The notes beneath the pieces are model-generated. The model saw only the letters and a list, made by a program, of their open reading frames with translations. It was not told the DNA's origin and searched no databases. A program made the translations under genes and the position numbers. Shown piece after piece: positions 50,940-64,000 of a DNA stretch of 64,000 bases (its first letter is position 1; every line of letters begins with the position of its first letter). Source of the DNA: Eledone cirrhosa (Eukaryota); NCBI GenBank assembly GCA_964016885.1, contig OZ024742.1:267716001-267780000 (forward strand). The letters run 5' to 3'.

Positions 50940-51700
50940 TTTGAATTATAATGACCCGTCTCAAAGCTATAAACAATACCAACATGTTCATTGTTTGTGA
51001 GGTTGATAATGTTATCTAGGAATGTGGCACAGGTATATCCGTTTGGGCTCTTGATGTTTCATACAAGTCCTTTGTCCATCTCCTTTGAATAATTTTTCGG
51101 GTAGCATATGATGAAATACCTACTTAATACTCAAATCCTATATAGCACCCATTATGGGTAATCCCTGTCTAGAATTTAATAGCCACATAACGATATCTAC
51201 TTATAATAGAAACCGCTTTTCAAATTCAAATTCCCTTTCATAATATACAAGTAAACCATTTCTTTTGTTTTCACAATATTCATGCCCCTATACCTGTTGA
51301 AGTTTCAAGTCGTATATTTCTTGTGACTGCTGTCCCGGGCAATCCTACAATCTAGATTTTTCCCTCGTGAGAAAATCACAACGTTACAAATCTTATTGTT
51401 TAAAAAGTGATTTTATGCACAATTTAGATGTCATGTCTATAAACATAAATATAATGGAATAATTCCACCAGATAAATAAGCAGTGGAAATCTTTGAGCAT
51501 ACACTCCCATAACCACGTTGTAGATGACGGAATACTCTGCGGAGCAGATAGTACACTATTTAACCTGATATATCACCAGTCACGATGTATCGGCCACTTA
51601 CAAAGTATATATAAATATCATCTGCTGAAGCTGCTTATGTAAGCATAATTACAAGAAGGAACGTGTGCTGTACGAGTTCTGAAAGGGTTATTCGTGGAGG
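50940..51700 (-). pseudogene. Possible decayed ionotropic (glutamate-type) receptor-like sequence
   Basis: Manual multi-frame reading gives, in the expected order, NPF..FLLVIML..LYILCKWP (M1), LNS..LQRG (pore), FIWWNYSIIF (M3), IVGLPGT and VKTKE (S2), IIQRRW and a hydrophobic M4; needs several frameshifts. Confidence 0.3.
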
Positions 51701-51998
51701 GTCTATGTATCTGATCGTCCACTCAGAGAGACAGAGAGACACATAAAAAGATGGAAGAAAACAAACAAATAAATTATAGAGTCATCTACGCCACAACAAA
51801 TATGTTCTCATTGCTAACCCTTTTAATTCAATATCAGATGTACGTATAATAATCATTGTAGGACATATAAGTGAATTGCAACAAAATGAAATTCTCGACA
51901 TCGTTTGACGCCAAATATTTATTAATAAACACAGATCTTATACACACACATACATGTACATTCATACATACATCCCCATATATAGTGTGCATGTGTAG

Positions 51999-52124
<126 letters not shown>

Positions 52125-53800
52125 ATCCTCTCTGAAAAATACCGTGTTGATTGGGTCACTCCGGTATTGTACAACACATTAATATACGCGCCGTCGGTAA
52201 TTTAATGAATCCTGGAGTGACATGTGACAAATCATTAGCGTTACTGTGCATATACGGCTAAAACAAATATGATATTTCTTTATTTCATAGTTCGATAACC
52301 TTATGTAGTCCCGGCCTTCTCCGACAGTATTTAGAATATTTTAATTCGTGTCTGCTTTCTTCAGTCTGAACAAATATTGTATTACGGTTTTTGTTGCTAT
52401 CATCTTAGCATGACTTTGTGTACATTTTCATTTTAGATTCCAGGACTTTTAAACAATATTTTTCTTGGATGCTGCATGGGGCTGTATTCTAAAGTCACTT
52501 TTGCTTGAACTTGAGAATATTACAACTATAATTTAATACAGAATGAATTATTTTATTGATGTCTAATATCTTGCATTCCAGATCATTACTTAATCAATAC
52601 TTTATGCGCCTCTTATGGATTTTCGTTCGATTATGTTGTGTCTTGTTAAGTATTTCTATATCAGTACCCGTTCTAACTCTCGGGACTGAATTTCATTTTT
52701 TCAGCTATAAAGATTTTATTTTTATAAGTATCTCCATCCTCGATGTTTGCTATTGGGCATACTTCCTTACTAAATTTCGTGTTATTCCTTCTAGTGAATA
52801 AGTATAATGTATATAACTGTGCCTAGACTAAAGCGGTTCATCAGCTCATGTGTATATCCTAGTTCATCTATATGCATTAGCATTTATAATGGCCTTCCAC
52901 GTTTATTATTTTGGTAATATATATTCGTTTATGTTATGTGAGATGCACATGCGAAGAAATGGTTGAAATGTTAATGACAGCATCAACATGTGTCTGGTTA
53001 TACGACAATTCAGTCTCCTCAACTTTATTGGGTTATGGCTATGATAAGGAGTGGCGTGTGTTTACAACCAAATAAACCTTCGCAACATCCCTTCTAGTCA
53101 TCCGAATTAGTTGTTCAGGCAATAATTTCTCTTGTGAGAATATTACAGTGATGTATTTGTAAGTGGTATTGAAGTTAGTAAAGTTTGTTGCTTTATATGA
53201 TTACTGTTTCATATGCATAACGAATGCATTGGTTTCCCTTCAATGAGATATAATTTTTTGTACAAGTTATTTCAAAAAGTCACTACATAAAGTGCGTGGT
53301 ATTTTATGCGTCTGTTAAATGTTTCAACGAGTCATTGAAACATTCATCACACCAAGTAGCCTTCCGATTATTCATTTATTTTTAAAAAACTACACCTGGA
53401 TTAATTCTTTAAAAGATATGCCCTTGCACGATTTGCAAGTGCCAGAAATGTCATTTCGTATATTCTAATAGCAAACAAACTCATTGCTATACATAGTACT
53501 AGCCTTGTTGTTGTTGCTGCTTCGATATGTATTCATTTATATATAGATTTTGCTAAAAAATTATATATCTAGATTTGTTTTTGTGGTGTTCGTGTTCATC
53601 AGTGAATTAAACGTTTTTCATATTCATGTCAGTACAATGCTCTATTATTAACAGTATGTTTTCAACTTGTTTATGACAGTATTTATTTCACCAGTAGTTT
53701 AATCTGCGTGTGCTTGAGGTATGTGCAGCATTGTCTTCTTGAAATGTAGAAATGCATTTGTATACTACATTAGTTCGCTCTTATGCTTGTCAAATTTGGT

Positions 53801-53869
53801 TTCTTCTTCTTCTTCTTCTTCTTCTTCTTCTTCTTCTTCTTCTTCTTCTTCTTCTTCTTCTTCTTGTAA

Positions 53870-53917
<48 letters not shown>
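53801..53917. repeat. Compound (TTC)n-(TAG)n microsatellite
   Basis: Direct reading. Confidence 0.95.
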
Positions 53918-54040
53918 ACATATATTCTTCCTACTATTGATACTGCCTATAATATTATTCTTGTAATTATCAATGTTTATCTAACAGAGATTTGGTCTGG
54001 CTTCTATACATATTATTAATTCTAGATCAGTATACATATA

Positions 54041-54043
<3 letters not shown>

Positions 54044-54135
<92 letters not shown>

Positions 54136-54255
54136 ATATATATATATACATATGCATATATACTTACATACATACACCAATAAAAATAAATAAATAAATA
54201 AATATATATATATATACATGTATATATATATATATATATACATACATATGTATAC

Positions 54256-54318
<63 letters not shown>

Positions 54319-54486
54319 CATATATTTATATATACACATATACATATGTAAATATATACATATACACATATATATATGTATGCGTGCGTGTGTGTGTGTG
54401 TATGTGTGTATGTGTGTGTGTGTGTGTGTGTATGTGTGTGTGTGTGTGTGTGTCTGTGTGTGTGTGTGTCTGTGTCTGTGTGTGTG
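54044..54486. repeat. (TA)n/(CA)n/(TG)n microsatellite cluster
   Basis: Direct reading. Confidence 0.95.
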
Positions 54487-55115
54487 CATCTATGTGTGTC
54501 CAATAAACACACTCAGATTGTTGAGACAATTACAATACGTACCAAAATTAAGCTCTATTGTTTCTCTTCAAACATGACTGCTGAATATAACTAATTACCA
54601 CAGTTGTTTACCTCAATTTAGAGCTCTACTTCAAAGTCAGTGTTGTATGTGCGTACTTATCGACATACGATAAACTAAAATTTACTAACTATTGTGTAGT
54701 TATTGTTACATCATCGTAGTTTATTCGATATTGTCGCTCAGTGTCTCTCTTGATAACCGCATATATCTGTCATACGTTGGAATATTCCTCCATATTGTAA
54801 AATGTGTATCTATGTTTTATGCGTACTTTCAAGTGAAACTCTTTTTCTCACTGTGTTTATAGTTCTTTACAACCCATTTTCTTTCTTTCTCTCTTCCACT
54901 TTCACCATATTTTCTATCTCTATCAATTTTTCAATATTTCGTATATCTTTCTAAATGTTTTAATACATATGTATATACTTATAACTATCTATAAACATTT
55001 ATTTCTATTACATTGTATACTAGTGTTTGAGTTTATTTTAATGTAGTCTCCAGCCACACATATTAGTATGTGTACCCTCTTAGACACAAACATGTACATA
55101 TATATATTCTATTAT

Positions 55116-55157
<42 letters not shown>

Positions 55158-55185
55158 CCCTGTGTATGATCGTGTATAGAAGATT

Positions 55186-55459
55186 ATATTAATAAAAGGA
55201 ATTCCAACTTTGTCTGATTTACTCGTTTTATTTACAATCCTTTAAAATTATAATGATGTTATAATGAAATAGTATGGTAGAATATTAAATGTTAAATGTT
55301 AATTGAACAAGTACTTTCATGCTTTCGCAATCTTCAGGTTCATATTCAGAGGGGACAGTCAAGTTTATAATTTTCACAGTTGAACATTGCAAAATTGACT
55401 GTCACCACTTTTAACTTTTAATATTCTACCATACTATTTCATTATATTATTATTATACT
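55186..55459. mobile_element. Fold-back PLE terminal element; left arm has an HHR, right arm lacks it and is cut by a Gypsy LTR
   Basis: 55260-55297 pairs with 55410-55445; 55349-55370 pairs with 55387-55408; homologous to 42468-42660. Confidence 0.8.
55304..55342 (-). ncRNA. Minimal hammerhead ribozyme (identical to 42587-42625)
   Basis: Minus: tgaac-CTGAAGA-ttgcgaaagcat-GAAA-gtac-TT-gttca. Confidence 0.85.
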
Positions 55460-58310
55460 TGTAGCGCTCTCTAGAGAAAGGGAAGTAGCTGGAGTTACTT
55501 CCCGTAGAACTCTAGAGTATTCCTTAAACTTCCGTTCTAGGAATTATAAAGGAGGGAGCAAAGAGCAATCTCTCTTCTTTTGACGACAGACTCTTGAACT
55601 GTTCACATACGAGCGCAAACACACAAAAGTTTTTCTATATCTGTTATCTAATTAAATTAGTCGTTGGCACACAGTGGTGTTTACTGAAATAAATAACCCT
55701 GTGACCAACTCACTAAAGTGGTGACTCAGACGTTTGAACATATAATTTCTCCCGACATTTTGAAATAGAAAATCATCTCTCTCGACCAAATTTCATCATG
55801 AGCAACACAACGTTACCAGCGTATTCTGGCGATGCCAAATTGTGGTTTGCGCAGCTCGATGCGTATTTTGCGGTCAACGGAGTACAGGAAAAACAGCAAA
55901 ATTTAAACGTGCTAACCAGAGGAATTCCCGCTTCGCTAGCAATTACAGTAAAATACATAATAATTGACCCTCCCCAAGGCGTTTCCTACGAGTTTCTGAA
56001 AACAGAGGTACTGCGTCGGAACAGTAGGTCGTCTGAGAGTAGATTTCGTTCCTTATTAGAGCATGAAAATCTGAGGGACAACTCCTACAGAGTTTTTTCG
56101 CCTATCCGTGAACTCAGTGATGCTGCGCCCGAAGACAGTTCCTTCGTAAAAAAGTTATTCTTCTCTCGTTTGCCAACCAATGTGCAAACCATACTGGCGA
56201 ATACGGTTGACACCAGTTCGATAGAACAAATTGCTGCCTCTGCGGACAGAATTATGGAGTTTTCTAGGAAATCTACCTCGACTAATTTAACAAACAGCCT
56301 GCCTCACCTAGTGAGGAAGCTATGTTGAGAGCTATTGACGAGTCAACGCGTCAAGTAGCTAAACTGTGTCGTGATCGAGCGCCACCTAGGCGACGTTCAG
56401 GAAGTCGGTATTTTTCTTCTCATGGACGTACCAACTCCCCCTGCCAACAGTTCTTCTTTGTGTTGGTACCATGCGCATTTCAGTGATAAGGCACAACATT
56501 GTATCAAGCCCTGCTCTTTTGGGGCATCGAAAAAACTAAGTTTGGAGAGTATGAGCACGGCAGACTTCTCCCTTAGCAATTCACCTCATCGTGCTTTCTT
56601 CATCACAGACCGAGTCTAGAACCGGTCATTTATGGTGGACACAGGATCTAGTTGCAGTATTTGCCCCCTACGGTTCACCTCTACCAAGCGAACTCTCTCC
56701 GGCATTTCTTTGTATGCAGTAAACCAGTCTCCTATAAAAACCTATGGACAGGTATCTTTATCATTGGACCTAGCTTTGATCGAGATTTTAAATGGATTTT
56801 TGTCATTGTCGACCTACCTCATCCTATTCTCGGTGCGGATTTCTTACAGTACTATTCACTTTTGGTAGATGTCAGGAATGAGAAATTTGTGGATAGTACC
56901 ACATCTTTATCTACGCCTACTTCTAAATCTACCACTACTGCTGTCAGTCCGTCATTTTTTGTGGCTGCCTCTGGAAACCAGTTTCATCCATTCCTTACTT
57001 CGTTTCCCGAGTTAACGAATATTTCATTTAAACCTACCCAGGCAGTCCACTCGACTCAACACTTCGTTACCACGACTGGTCCACCTGTTTTCTCTCGTCC
57101 ATGGAGGTTGTCTCCGGATAGACTAAAAAAAGCATGAAACGAGTTCGACTACATGCTCCAGCTTGGTCTTATACTCCGTCCACAAGCCCATGGGCATCTC
57201 CACTGCACTTGGCTCGAAAGGGTGATGCGGATTTTAGACCTGTAGGAGATTACCGAAGACTTAATGCCATCACTACACCGGATCGTTATCCTTTACCAAA
57301 TTTACAGGATTGTTCATCCGTTCTGCAGGGATGCACAATATTTTCTAAAATAGATCTGGTACGGGCTTACCATCAAATACCCATGAATACAGAGGACATA
57401 TCAAAAAGAGCTGTGACCACTCCCTTTGGTGCATTTGAATTCCTGTCCATGCTTTTTGCCTTGCGGAATGGCTCTAGCTCGTTTCAACGTTTTATCGATG
57501 AAGTCATGCGTGGATTGGATTTCGTGTTTGCTTATGTGGATGACCTCCTGATAGCCAGTGACACAACTGAACATCATCAGCAACATCTATCTCAACATCT
57601 TCAATCGTACCAGGTCCGAATCAACCCAGCTAAATTTATGTTTGGTACAGATTCACTGGAATTCCTAGGACATCTTATAGATTCAGAAGGCATTTGACCT
57701 CTGCCATCCAATGTGGAAGCGATTCAGCGAATCGCCCCCCCCCCCCCCCACACACACACCTAATTGAGACAGTTACGTCATTTCTTAGGATTAATCAACT
57801 TTTATCGTTGTTTCATTCCTAACTGTGCGGACAAGTTGTTTCCCTTGACACAGTTTTTAAAGGCTGTGAAAAATGCCCACATTTCACATTCTACCGATGC
57901 TTTGCAATTTTTTGAATCCGTCAAGTCTGAAATAGCTAAAGTCCTTTCTGGCTCATCATTTTACGAACGCAAAATGCATCCGACCATGCTGTCGGAGCGG
58001 TCTTGCAACATAGAATCAGCCACCAGTTTCAAACACTAGCGTTTTTCTCACGCCAACTAAAACCAGCAGAGCAACGTTACAGTACTTTTGACAGAGAGCT
58101 TTTAGCAGTTTATCTTCCTGTGAGACACTTCCACCATCTTCTTGAAGGTCGGGAGTTCACGGTATTCACAGACCATAAACCACTCACATTCGCTCTTCAA
58201 ACCAAGTCCGACAGATACTCTCCGAGGGCATACAGACATTTGGATTTCCTCTTCCAGTACACCAGTGACATTCGTCATATAGCTGGAGGATTATAATGCT
58301 GTCCACGTCC
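55460..58310 (+). mobile_element. Gypsy (CsRn1-like): 5' LTR (~55460-55717), PBS, gag, PR, RT, RH; integrase and 3' LTR missing
   Basis: TGTAG start; PBS TGGTGAC at 55719; gag LPAYSGDAKLWFAQLDAYF, CWYH..F..KA..C..PC, VDTGS, YVDDLL and FTDHKPL. Confidence 0.9.
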
Positions 58311-59995
58311 ATTCCGATAAAACTGGCAATCTATATCAAGTGGAGCGCAGTACTTACCATCCACTTCTATATAATGCTGTAACTAAGGATTACCGTAAAA
58401 CTAATCGGAGCGTCATTAAAGAAATCAACGATTCTGGGTTTAAAATCACCTCTGATCTCAACATCCTGGACCGGACTGACCCTCTGGACCCTATTTCTCT
58501 TCCCTTTACCCTGAAGGATCACAAATTCAATTTTCCGAACAACCCCTCTATTCGGCTTTTTAACGCTACGAAGTCCGATTTAGGTAGACTTAGTAAAAGG
58601 ATTCTAGATAGAATTATACCTGAAATTAGGAGTTTGGTGCCCCTTGCACTGTGGAACAATTCTTTCGCGGTGATTGATTGGTTTAACGGCATATGCAACA
58701 AGGAACATTGCCGTTTTATCCAATTCGACATCAATAATTACTACTCCTCCATCAGTTTACGACTTCTCCTTAGAGCTATCAATTTCGCTAAACACTCACA
58801 GTGGTATGGGCGCCAGCGATTCTACGGAGGTTACTGATCTTATCGGCCTTTTCCTTCTTTTCTCTATCAAGGAAGAATACCCCAACGTGGGCGGTGGTTT
58901 GTACCGTGATGATGGTATTTTGTCCATGACAAAGTGCGGCCTACGTGCTTGCGACAGGTTCAGAAAAGAACTCACAGCCTTCTTTAAACGCTTCATCCTC
59001 TCCGTACAGGTTGAGGTCAACCTCTCGGTCGTTAATTACCTCGACGTTACTCTCAATTTATCGAATGGCTTGCACTACCCGTATAGAAAGCCGGATGATA
59101 CGCTTAATTACATAAGTAAGCATTCTAACCATCCTGCCAGCATAACCAAGAACCTGGTAAGAAATGTTTCTTTGAGGCTTTCCCGTCTATCTACTAACGA
59201 GCATATTTTCAACGACCATTCCACATATTACAATGAAGCTCTTGCTCGGAGTGGATTTGTCGATAAGGTAGCATATACAGAGTACGAGAATAGACCTAGG
59301 AAAAATAGATCCCGACGCATAATATGGTATAACCCACCATATAATATGAAGGTGGCCACACCATTAGCTAAGATCTTTCTCTCCCTTATTATGAATCATT
59401 TTCCCCCTACACATAAATATAGTAACATTTTAATAGAAATACCATTAAAATGTCTTACTCTACGACTCCTAACCTTGCACATAACATCACAGCTTCAAAT
59501 TTAGCTAAACTACGTAGCCGTAGGAACACGTGCATCCCTGTAGCTAGTACTAACTGTAATTGTAGGAATCGGGTTGACTGCCCTCTATTCGGGAAATGCC
59601 TCTTTAGTAACATTGTCTACAAATGTAAGATTGAAACACCCACGTCCTGTAGGGCCTATATAGTGTTAACAGACAATAGATTCAAGCACCGTCTTTACAA
59701 GAATAACCATTCTTTTCGTAACCCTTTAAGAAGGAATTGCGTCACTTTCAGCTTATATCTGGAGTGTAAAAGTAAACCACACCCAATATAAGTTACACTG
59801 GGAGATCCTAGCTAGGGCTAGATCGTATAACGGAAATAAAAGACCATGAGACCTCTGCGCCGCCGTTGAGGCCCTGGAAATACTCTACGCCAAAGACCAC
59901 ATCTTAAACAAAACATATGAGGCAATTTCGGCTTGTAAACATAAATTGCACAACACTTTCCTGTATTACAGCCCCACATTATACCCTAAGGGATA
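58310..59995 (+). mobile_element. Penelope-like element ORF (RT and GIY-YIG), frameshifted, internal deletion
   Basis: SDKTGNLY, FTLKDHKFNF, FDINNYYSSI, MGASDSTEV, GLYRDDG, NYLDVT, WYNPPY and CNCRNRVDCPLFGKC. Confidence 0.9.
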
Positions 59996-60883
59996 GTACG
60001 AACTATACGCTGATATTTTACGTCTTGATGTGGTAGCTAAGTATGTTATGATTATACCATTACTTATTTGTATAGGTACGTATATATTACCTGTATGTTT
60101 TGTGAAGGTACGTATACTTTCTCGTACGTATATTTGATTGTATATGTTATGGCGTATATATTATATATTCTGGTACATATGCATTTGGTTATGTGTATAC
60201 GCGAGTTTTGCGTCTGTGTGAGTATGCGGGTTCGTACGTATGTAGGGTGTGTGTATATGTGTACTTTGTGTTTTGGTTGACGTTCGTCTCCTAACATATG
60301 TGTATTTACATGTAGGTATGTGTGTACGCGCGTTATATACGTATTTAATATTTTATATACGTTTATTTAATTATATGTATACACACACATATATATATAT
60401 TTTTATGTGTATTTGGTGTATACTTTTGTATGTGTGGGGATACAGGCGTTGCGTGGATTCTGTATGTGCGTGCTGTTATTTTTTGTGTGTACACTTGGCG
60501 AGTGTTTTCGCGTATGCTTGTGTATTCACGTATTTGGATGCGTGTGCTGTATTTATTTAATTTCAATTACCTCTGTATTTTATTTACTTTATTCTTAACT
60601 CTGAAGCTGAAAATCATTCGGTTTCCTAGTTAGAATTTTAGTCTACGACTCCAGTTATACCATTTACGTGGTTTTGTCTTTGCGTGAAATTGTTCTCCTC
60701 GCTCCACATATGACGTATTATCTTCGTTATTTCCGTTCATTGCCAGAGAACGTCTCCTTGAACCACCTAATACGACTTCTTTTATACCATAAACGCGGTT
60801 TTGTCTTTGCGTGTAATTGTTCTTTCCGTTCAACATAACGACGTATTATCTTAGCTTTTTTCCGTTCATTGCCAGGGAACGTC

Positions 60884-61043
60884 TTCACAAACTAAAGTAC
60901 CGTCTTCCTGTTTTCCTTTGCTTACAACGTTTTTCGAAATCTTTACTTCTACGTTCACAGATTGACTTTTTTAGTTTCAGAAGATCCCGTTAAGGTTGAA
61001 AGCACCGATTCTTTGCTTAAACTTTAATCTGTTATTTTAATAA
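60884..61043 (+). repeat. ~160-bp segment with an inverted copy at 62545-62704; preceded by a ~125-bp tandem duplication (60668-60885)
   Basis: caacgtttttcgaaa..tttacttct.cgttcacagattga...ttctttgcttaaactttaatctgttattttaata. Confidence 0.85.
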
Positions 61044-61484
61044 ATATTTGCTCAACGGTTCTTATATATTTGATATATATTTATCCTTATCGAGCTTTCT
61101 TTGTATTTTAGTCTTCAATTTATTATTATTACTATATATATATATATATATATTCTATTATCAAAATGTAAATTTAAACATTATCAATAACACACCAAAA
61201 GGGAAAGGAATTTTATTAACTGCTAATGTTCAACAGTTGACTAATTTCAATCCAGACGTCCACGATCTCCTTATACTCACTTGATAAGTTACATTTGTTA
61301 GGCACATGACTAAAACGCCTCTTTTTTGAGTATTCTGATTCAGAAGAAGTGACCTTGAAAGATTCGTCATGCTTACACACATAAATTTAGGATGCTTACT
61401 AAGCATAAAGAACAAATTGGAAGAAATAACAAAATCCACCCTCGATAACAAATTTAAGCACAGTTGTGATTTTAATATACCACA

Positions 61485-61575
<91 letters not shown>

Positions 61576-62164
61576 TTATATTCGTGAATTCTTCAAAATT
61601 GGTCTTTTCCAATAGTTGCCTCTTCCACGAATGACACCATGGTAGATATATATATAAGTTAGGTATTAAATTAGTCTCTAATACTTAAACATCTCAATGT
61701 TGGATAATATATATAGATAGAATATCAATCAGGTAAGCAATATTATATATTGGATATAAGTAAAAAAAACGCTAATTTTGGGAGTATATGGCAGACAGAC
61801 GAAAAAAACAACAACAAATTCTAACTCAATTATATACATATACGAAATGGCCCGTCCGGCTGGCGGTCGGCTAGGTATACCGACATTTTATCTTTCAGTA
61901 TTCCCCCCTCCAGTTCAGTGGTAAGATACCGTACACTCTCTCAAATCAGCGAAGGGTGGGGCTGGGGGGAGGGGGGGTTAACGTGCTCTGATGTTGGGTT
62001 TGAATAGTTTTTAGGATTCCCCAGTTCAGCAGCGAGTAGGTTAAAGAAAATTGATAATTACAACAATAAAAGCTGAACAGAGAAAACATTTTTTTAACAA
62101 ACTTTACAATAATTTGTACAACCATAATGGAAATTCCAAGTAACAGACAATACATAAATTGCAT

Positions 62165-62460
62165 TGCTAGAGCCTCAGAGTATACAATATTTTTGTTCCG
62201 CCCCTGGGAGCAAAGATGAAAGGATTGTTTGGCGAGCTCACCCTAGAGCATACAATTGACCAATTTTAGAAGCATGGTTTTCGCAGATGACGGCCAGCCA
62301 CTTTTAGGGTTTGACCCTGAGCCTCGTTGATGGTAATCGCGAAACTTATTCTCCCTGCTGTACTAGTAACAATTTTTCTTCTGGAAAATCTGATCTTGCG
62401 GCCAGGCTGGGACTTTTGGGTGGAATATCGGCAGTAACAATGACGATAAGCCGTCTGGGC
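62165..62460 (-). pseudogene. Helitron PIF1-type helicase C-terminal fragment
   Basis: ISFAITINEAQGQTLKVAG..L.KPCF..GQLYA..RVSS..TKNIVYSEAL; GC-rich hairpin-like end near 61845-61875. Confidence 0.8.
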
Positions 62461-62544
62461 TTTCGTGAAATAAATACGTTTGTTTATATTTTGTTTTTGT
62501 GTATGCAAAAATATCTGTACACGAATATATAATTATATATATAT

Positions 62545-62704
62545 ATATTAAAATAACAGATTAAAGTTTAAGCAAAGAATCGCTGCTTTCACTCTTAACG
62601 AGATCTTCTGAAACTAAAAAAAATCAATCTGTGAACGCAGAAGTAAATGTTTCGAAAAACGTTGCAATCGAAGGAAAATAGGAAGACGATACTTTGGTTC
62701 GTGA
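62545..62704 (-). repeat. Inverted copy of 60884-61043, abutting (TA)n
   Basis: Reverse-complement match. Confidence 0.85.
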
Positions 62705-63559
62705 ACACAGACATCTATTATAAGCTTGCGACGTTATAGCTATGTATATAATGCAGACAGCCAGACATACAGAGACATATTATAAGGGCGCGACGTTATA
62801 GCTATGTATATATATCTAAAAAGACAGATTAAGAAAGAGAGGGGAATGTCGTATAACCGGAAGTGTTGACATTTGAACATTTTAAAGAAGTGAATATTTA
62901 AATAAACAATAAAATATTTTTGAACGAAATTTAGAAGACAAAAATACCTCACTTTTATACTTGGAAAAATTTACATCTATGGTGCAAATTTGGTGATGTT
63001 TGGCGAAGTCGTTTGGCGAAAAGTTTGTTACATATATACGGCCGTCACCTTTACAATATAGATATATATCCCTACCATAGTTTAATTCGTGGAAGATGCA
63101 ACTATTCGAAAAGAACAATATTTGAAGAATTCACGAATTCATCAGGGAAACATTATTCACTTTAAAGAAACCATATTTATCATGAAATTCTACATACCAG
63201 TTGCCGATCCAGCATGCTTCACAAAAAACATGTGTAATATTAAGAGACTTCTATTCATGTAACGTTTCAATTACACAACGAGTTTTTGTACAGCATGCTG
63301 GATTGGCAAATGGATTATTTTTTTCATATAATCTATCTGATGGAAAAATGTGTGCAGTTTTTAAGGCTCCATACAAGCTTTACGAGCTGGGTGGCATGAA
63401 TTTTTTCAGGATGTCTGAAGGTTGTTTCATGGTTCAGGCAATGACTTTTAAACCGGCTCTCAGACATTCCAACATAACTTCAGGCTTCAGCTTGGTGGTT
63501 CTGGTTGTTGGAGGTCGCATCTGATTGATATATCAGTGATGGAGCGGTGCACTGTTAGT

Positions 63560-64000
63560 CTAGTGGGACGTCTATGGCCTTCTGCATGATCATCCATACA
63601 GTGCAGGGCTTTTGCGCTTATTGATGATTGGTTTTAATGTTATTGGGATAGGAGACACCTATTTTCACTGTACTTCGATTGAATATCTGTCGGTATTTAT
63701 AGCCAACAGGGAAGTGGTGATCTAGGGACTCTACAAATTACAAATTTTAAGTGCGAAAGGAGGTGCGAACCATATAACGTCTTTATGTCTCGGGATTTTC
63801 CTTCTAGATGTAAGTGATTCGTTTGGAGAAACCGCTGCTAATTAGTGCTGGGTTGTAGCAGGGTGCTGGCTATCAAAGATAACTCTGCTAGAAGAGTATT
63901 TGGATACCCTCTTACTAATTTTATTGATAAGATTTTTAAAAAACTACAGGGGTGTCTACAGTCCCTATGAATGTTCATATGTTTCTCACTGGGTATGTGT
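63560..64000 (-). mobile_element. PLE RT-thumb/linker fragment, decayed, runs off window edge
   Basis: Minus strand KNLINKISKRVSKYSSS..IF and YKYRQIFNRSTVKI. Confidence 0.65.

Noticed and set aside
59845-59860. In-frame TGA at a conserved Cys (RP*DLC) of a PLE endonuclease, suggesting selenocysteine
   Set aside because: The copy has other frameshifts, one substitution from TGY explains it, and no SECIS was identified

Overview
This is eukaryotic, AT-rich DNA made almost entirely of transposable elements, with no intact host gene. It is probably cephalopod/octopus, inferred only from the tRNA-headed SINE and the dense (TA)n/(CA)n/(AAT)n tracts. The first 20 kb is a nest of non-LTR retrotransposons associated with (TAA)n: several Tx1/L1-clade copies (one rearranged by an inversion), an R4/Dong element, SINEs and a Penelope-like (PLE) remnant. 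From 20 to 64 kb there are many PLE fragments, two CsRn1-type Gypsy elements, a mariner, an RTE remnant, a Helitron fragment and a possible decayed ionotropic-receptor-like pseudogene. The most striking structure is a set of short non-coding fold-back (palindromic) elements sitting in (TA)n tracts, many carrying minimal type I hammerhead ribozymes (HHR). These include a young ORF-less tandem HHR repeat with a 508-nt unit (retrozyme-like, 40.2-41.3 kb) and three unrelated fold-backs in which one arm lacks the ribozyme segment. All calls come from reading the sequence by eye; no database search was run.
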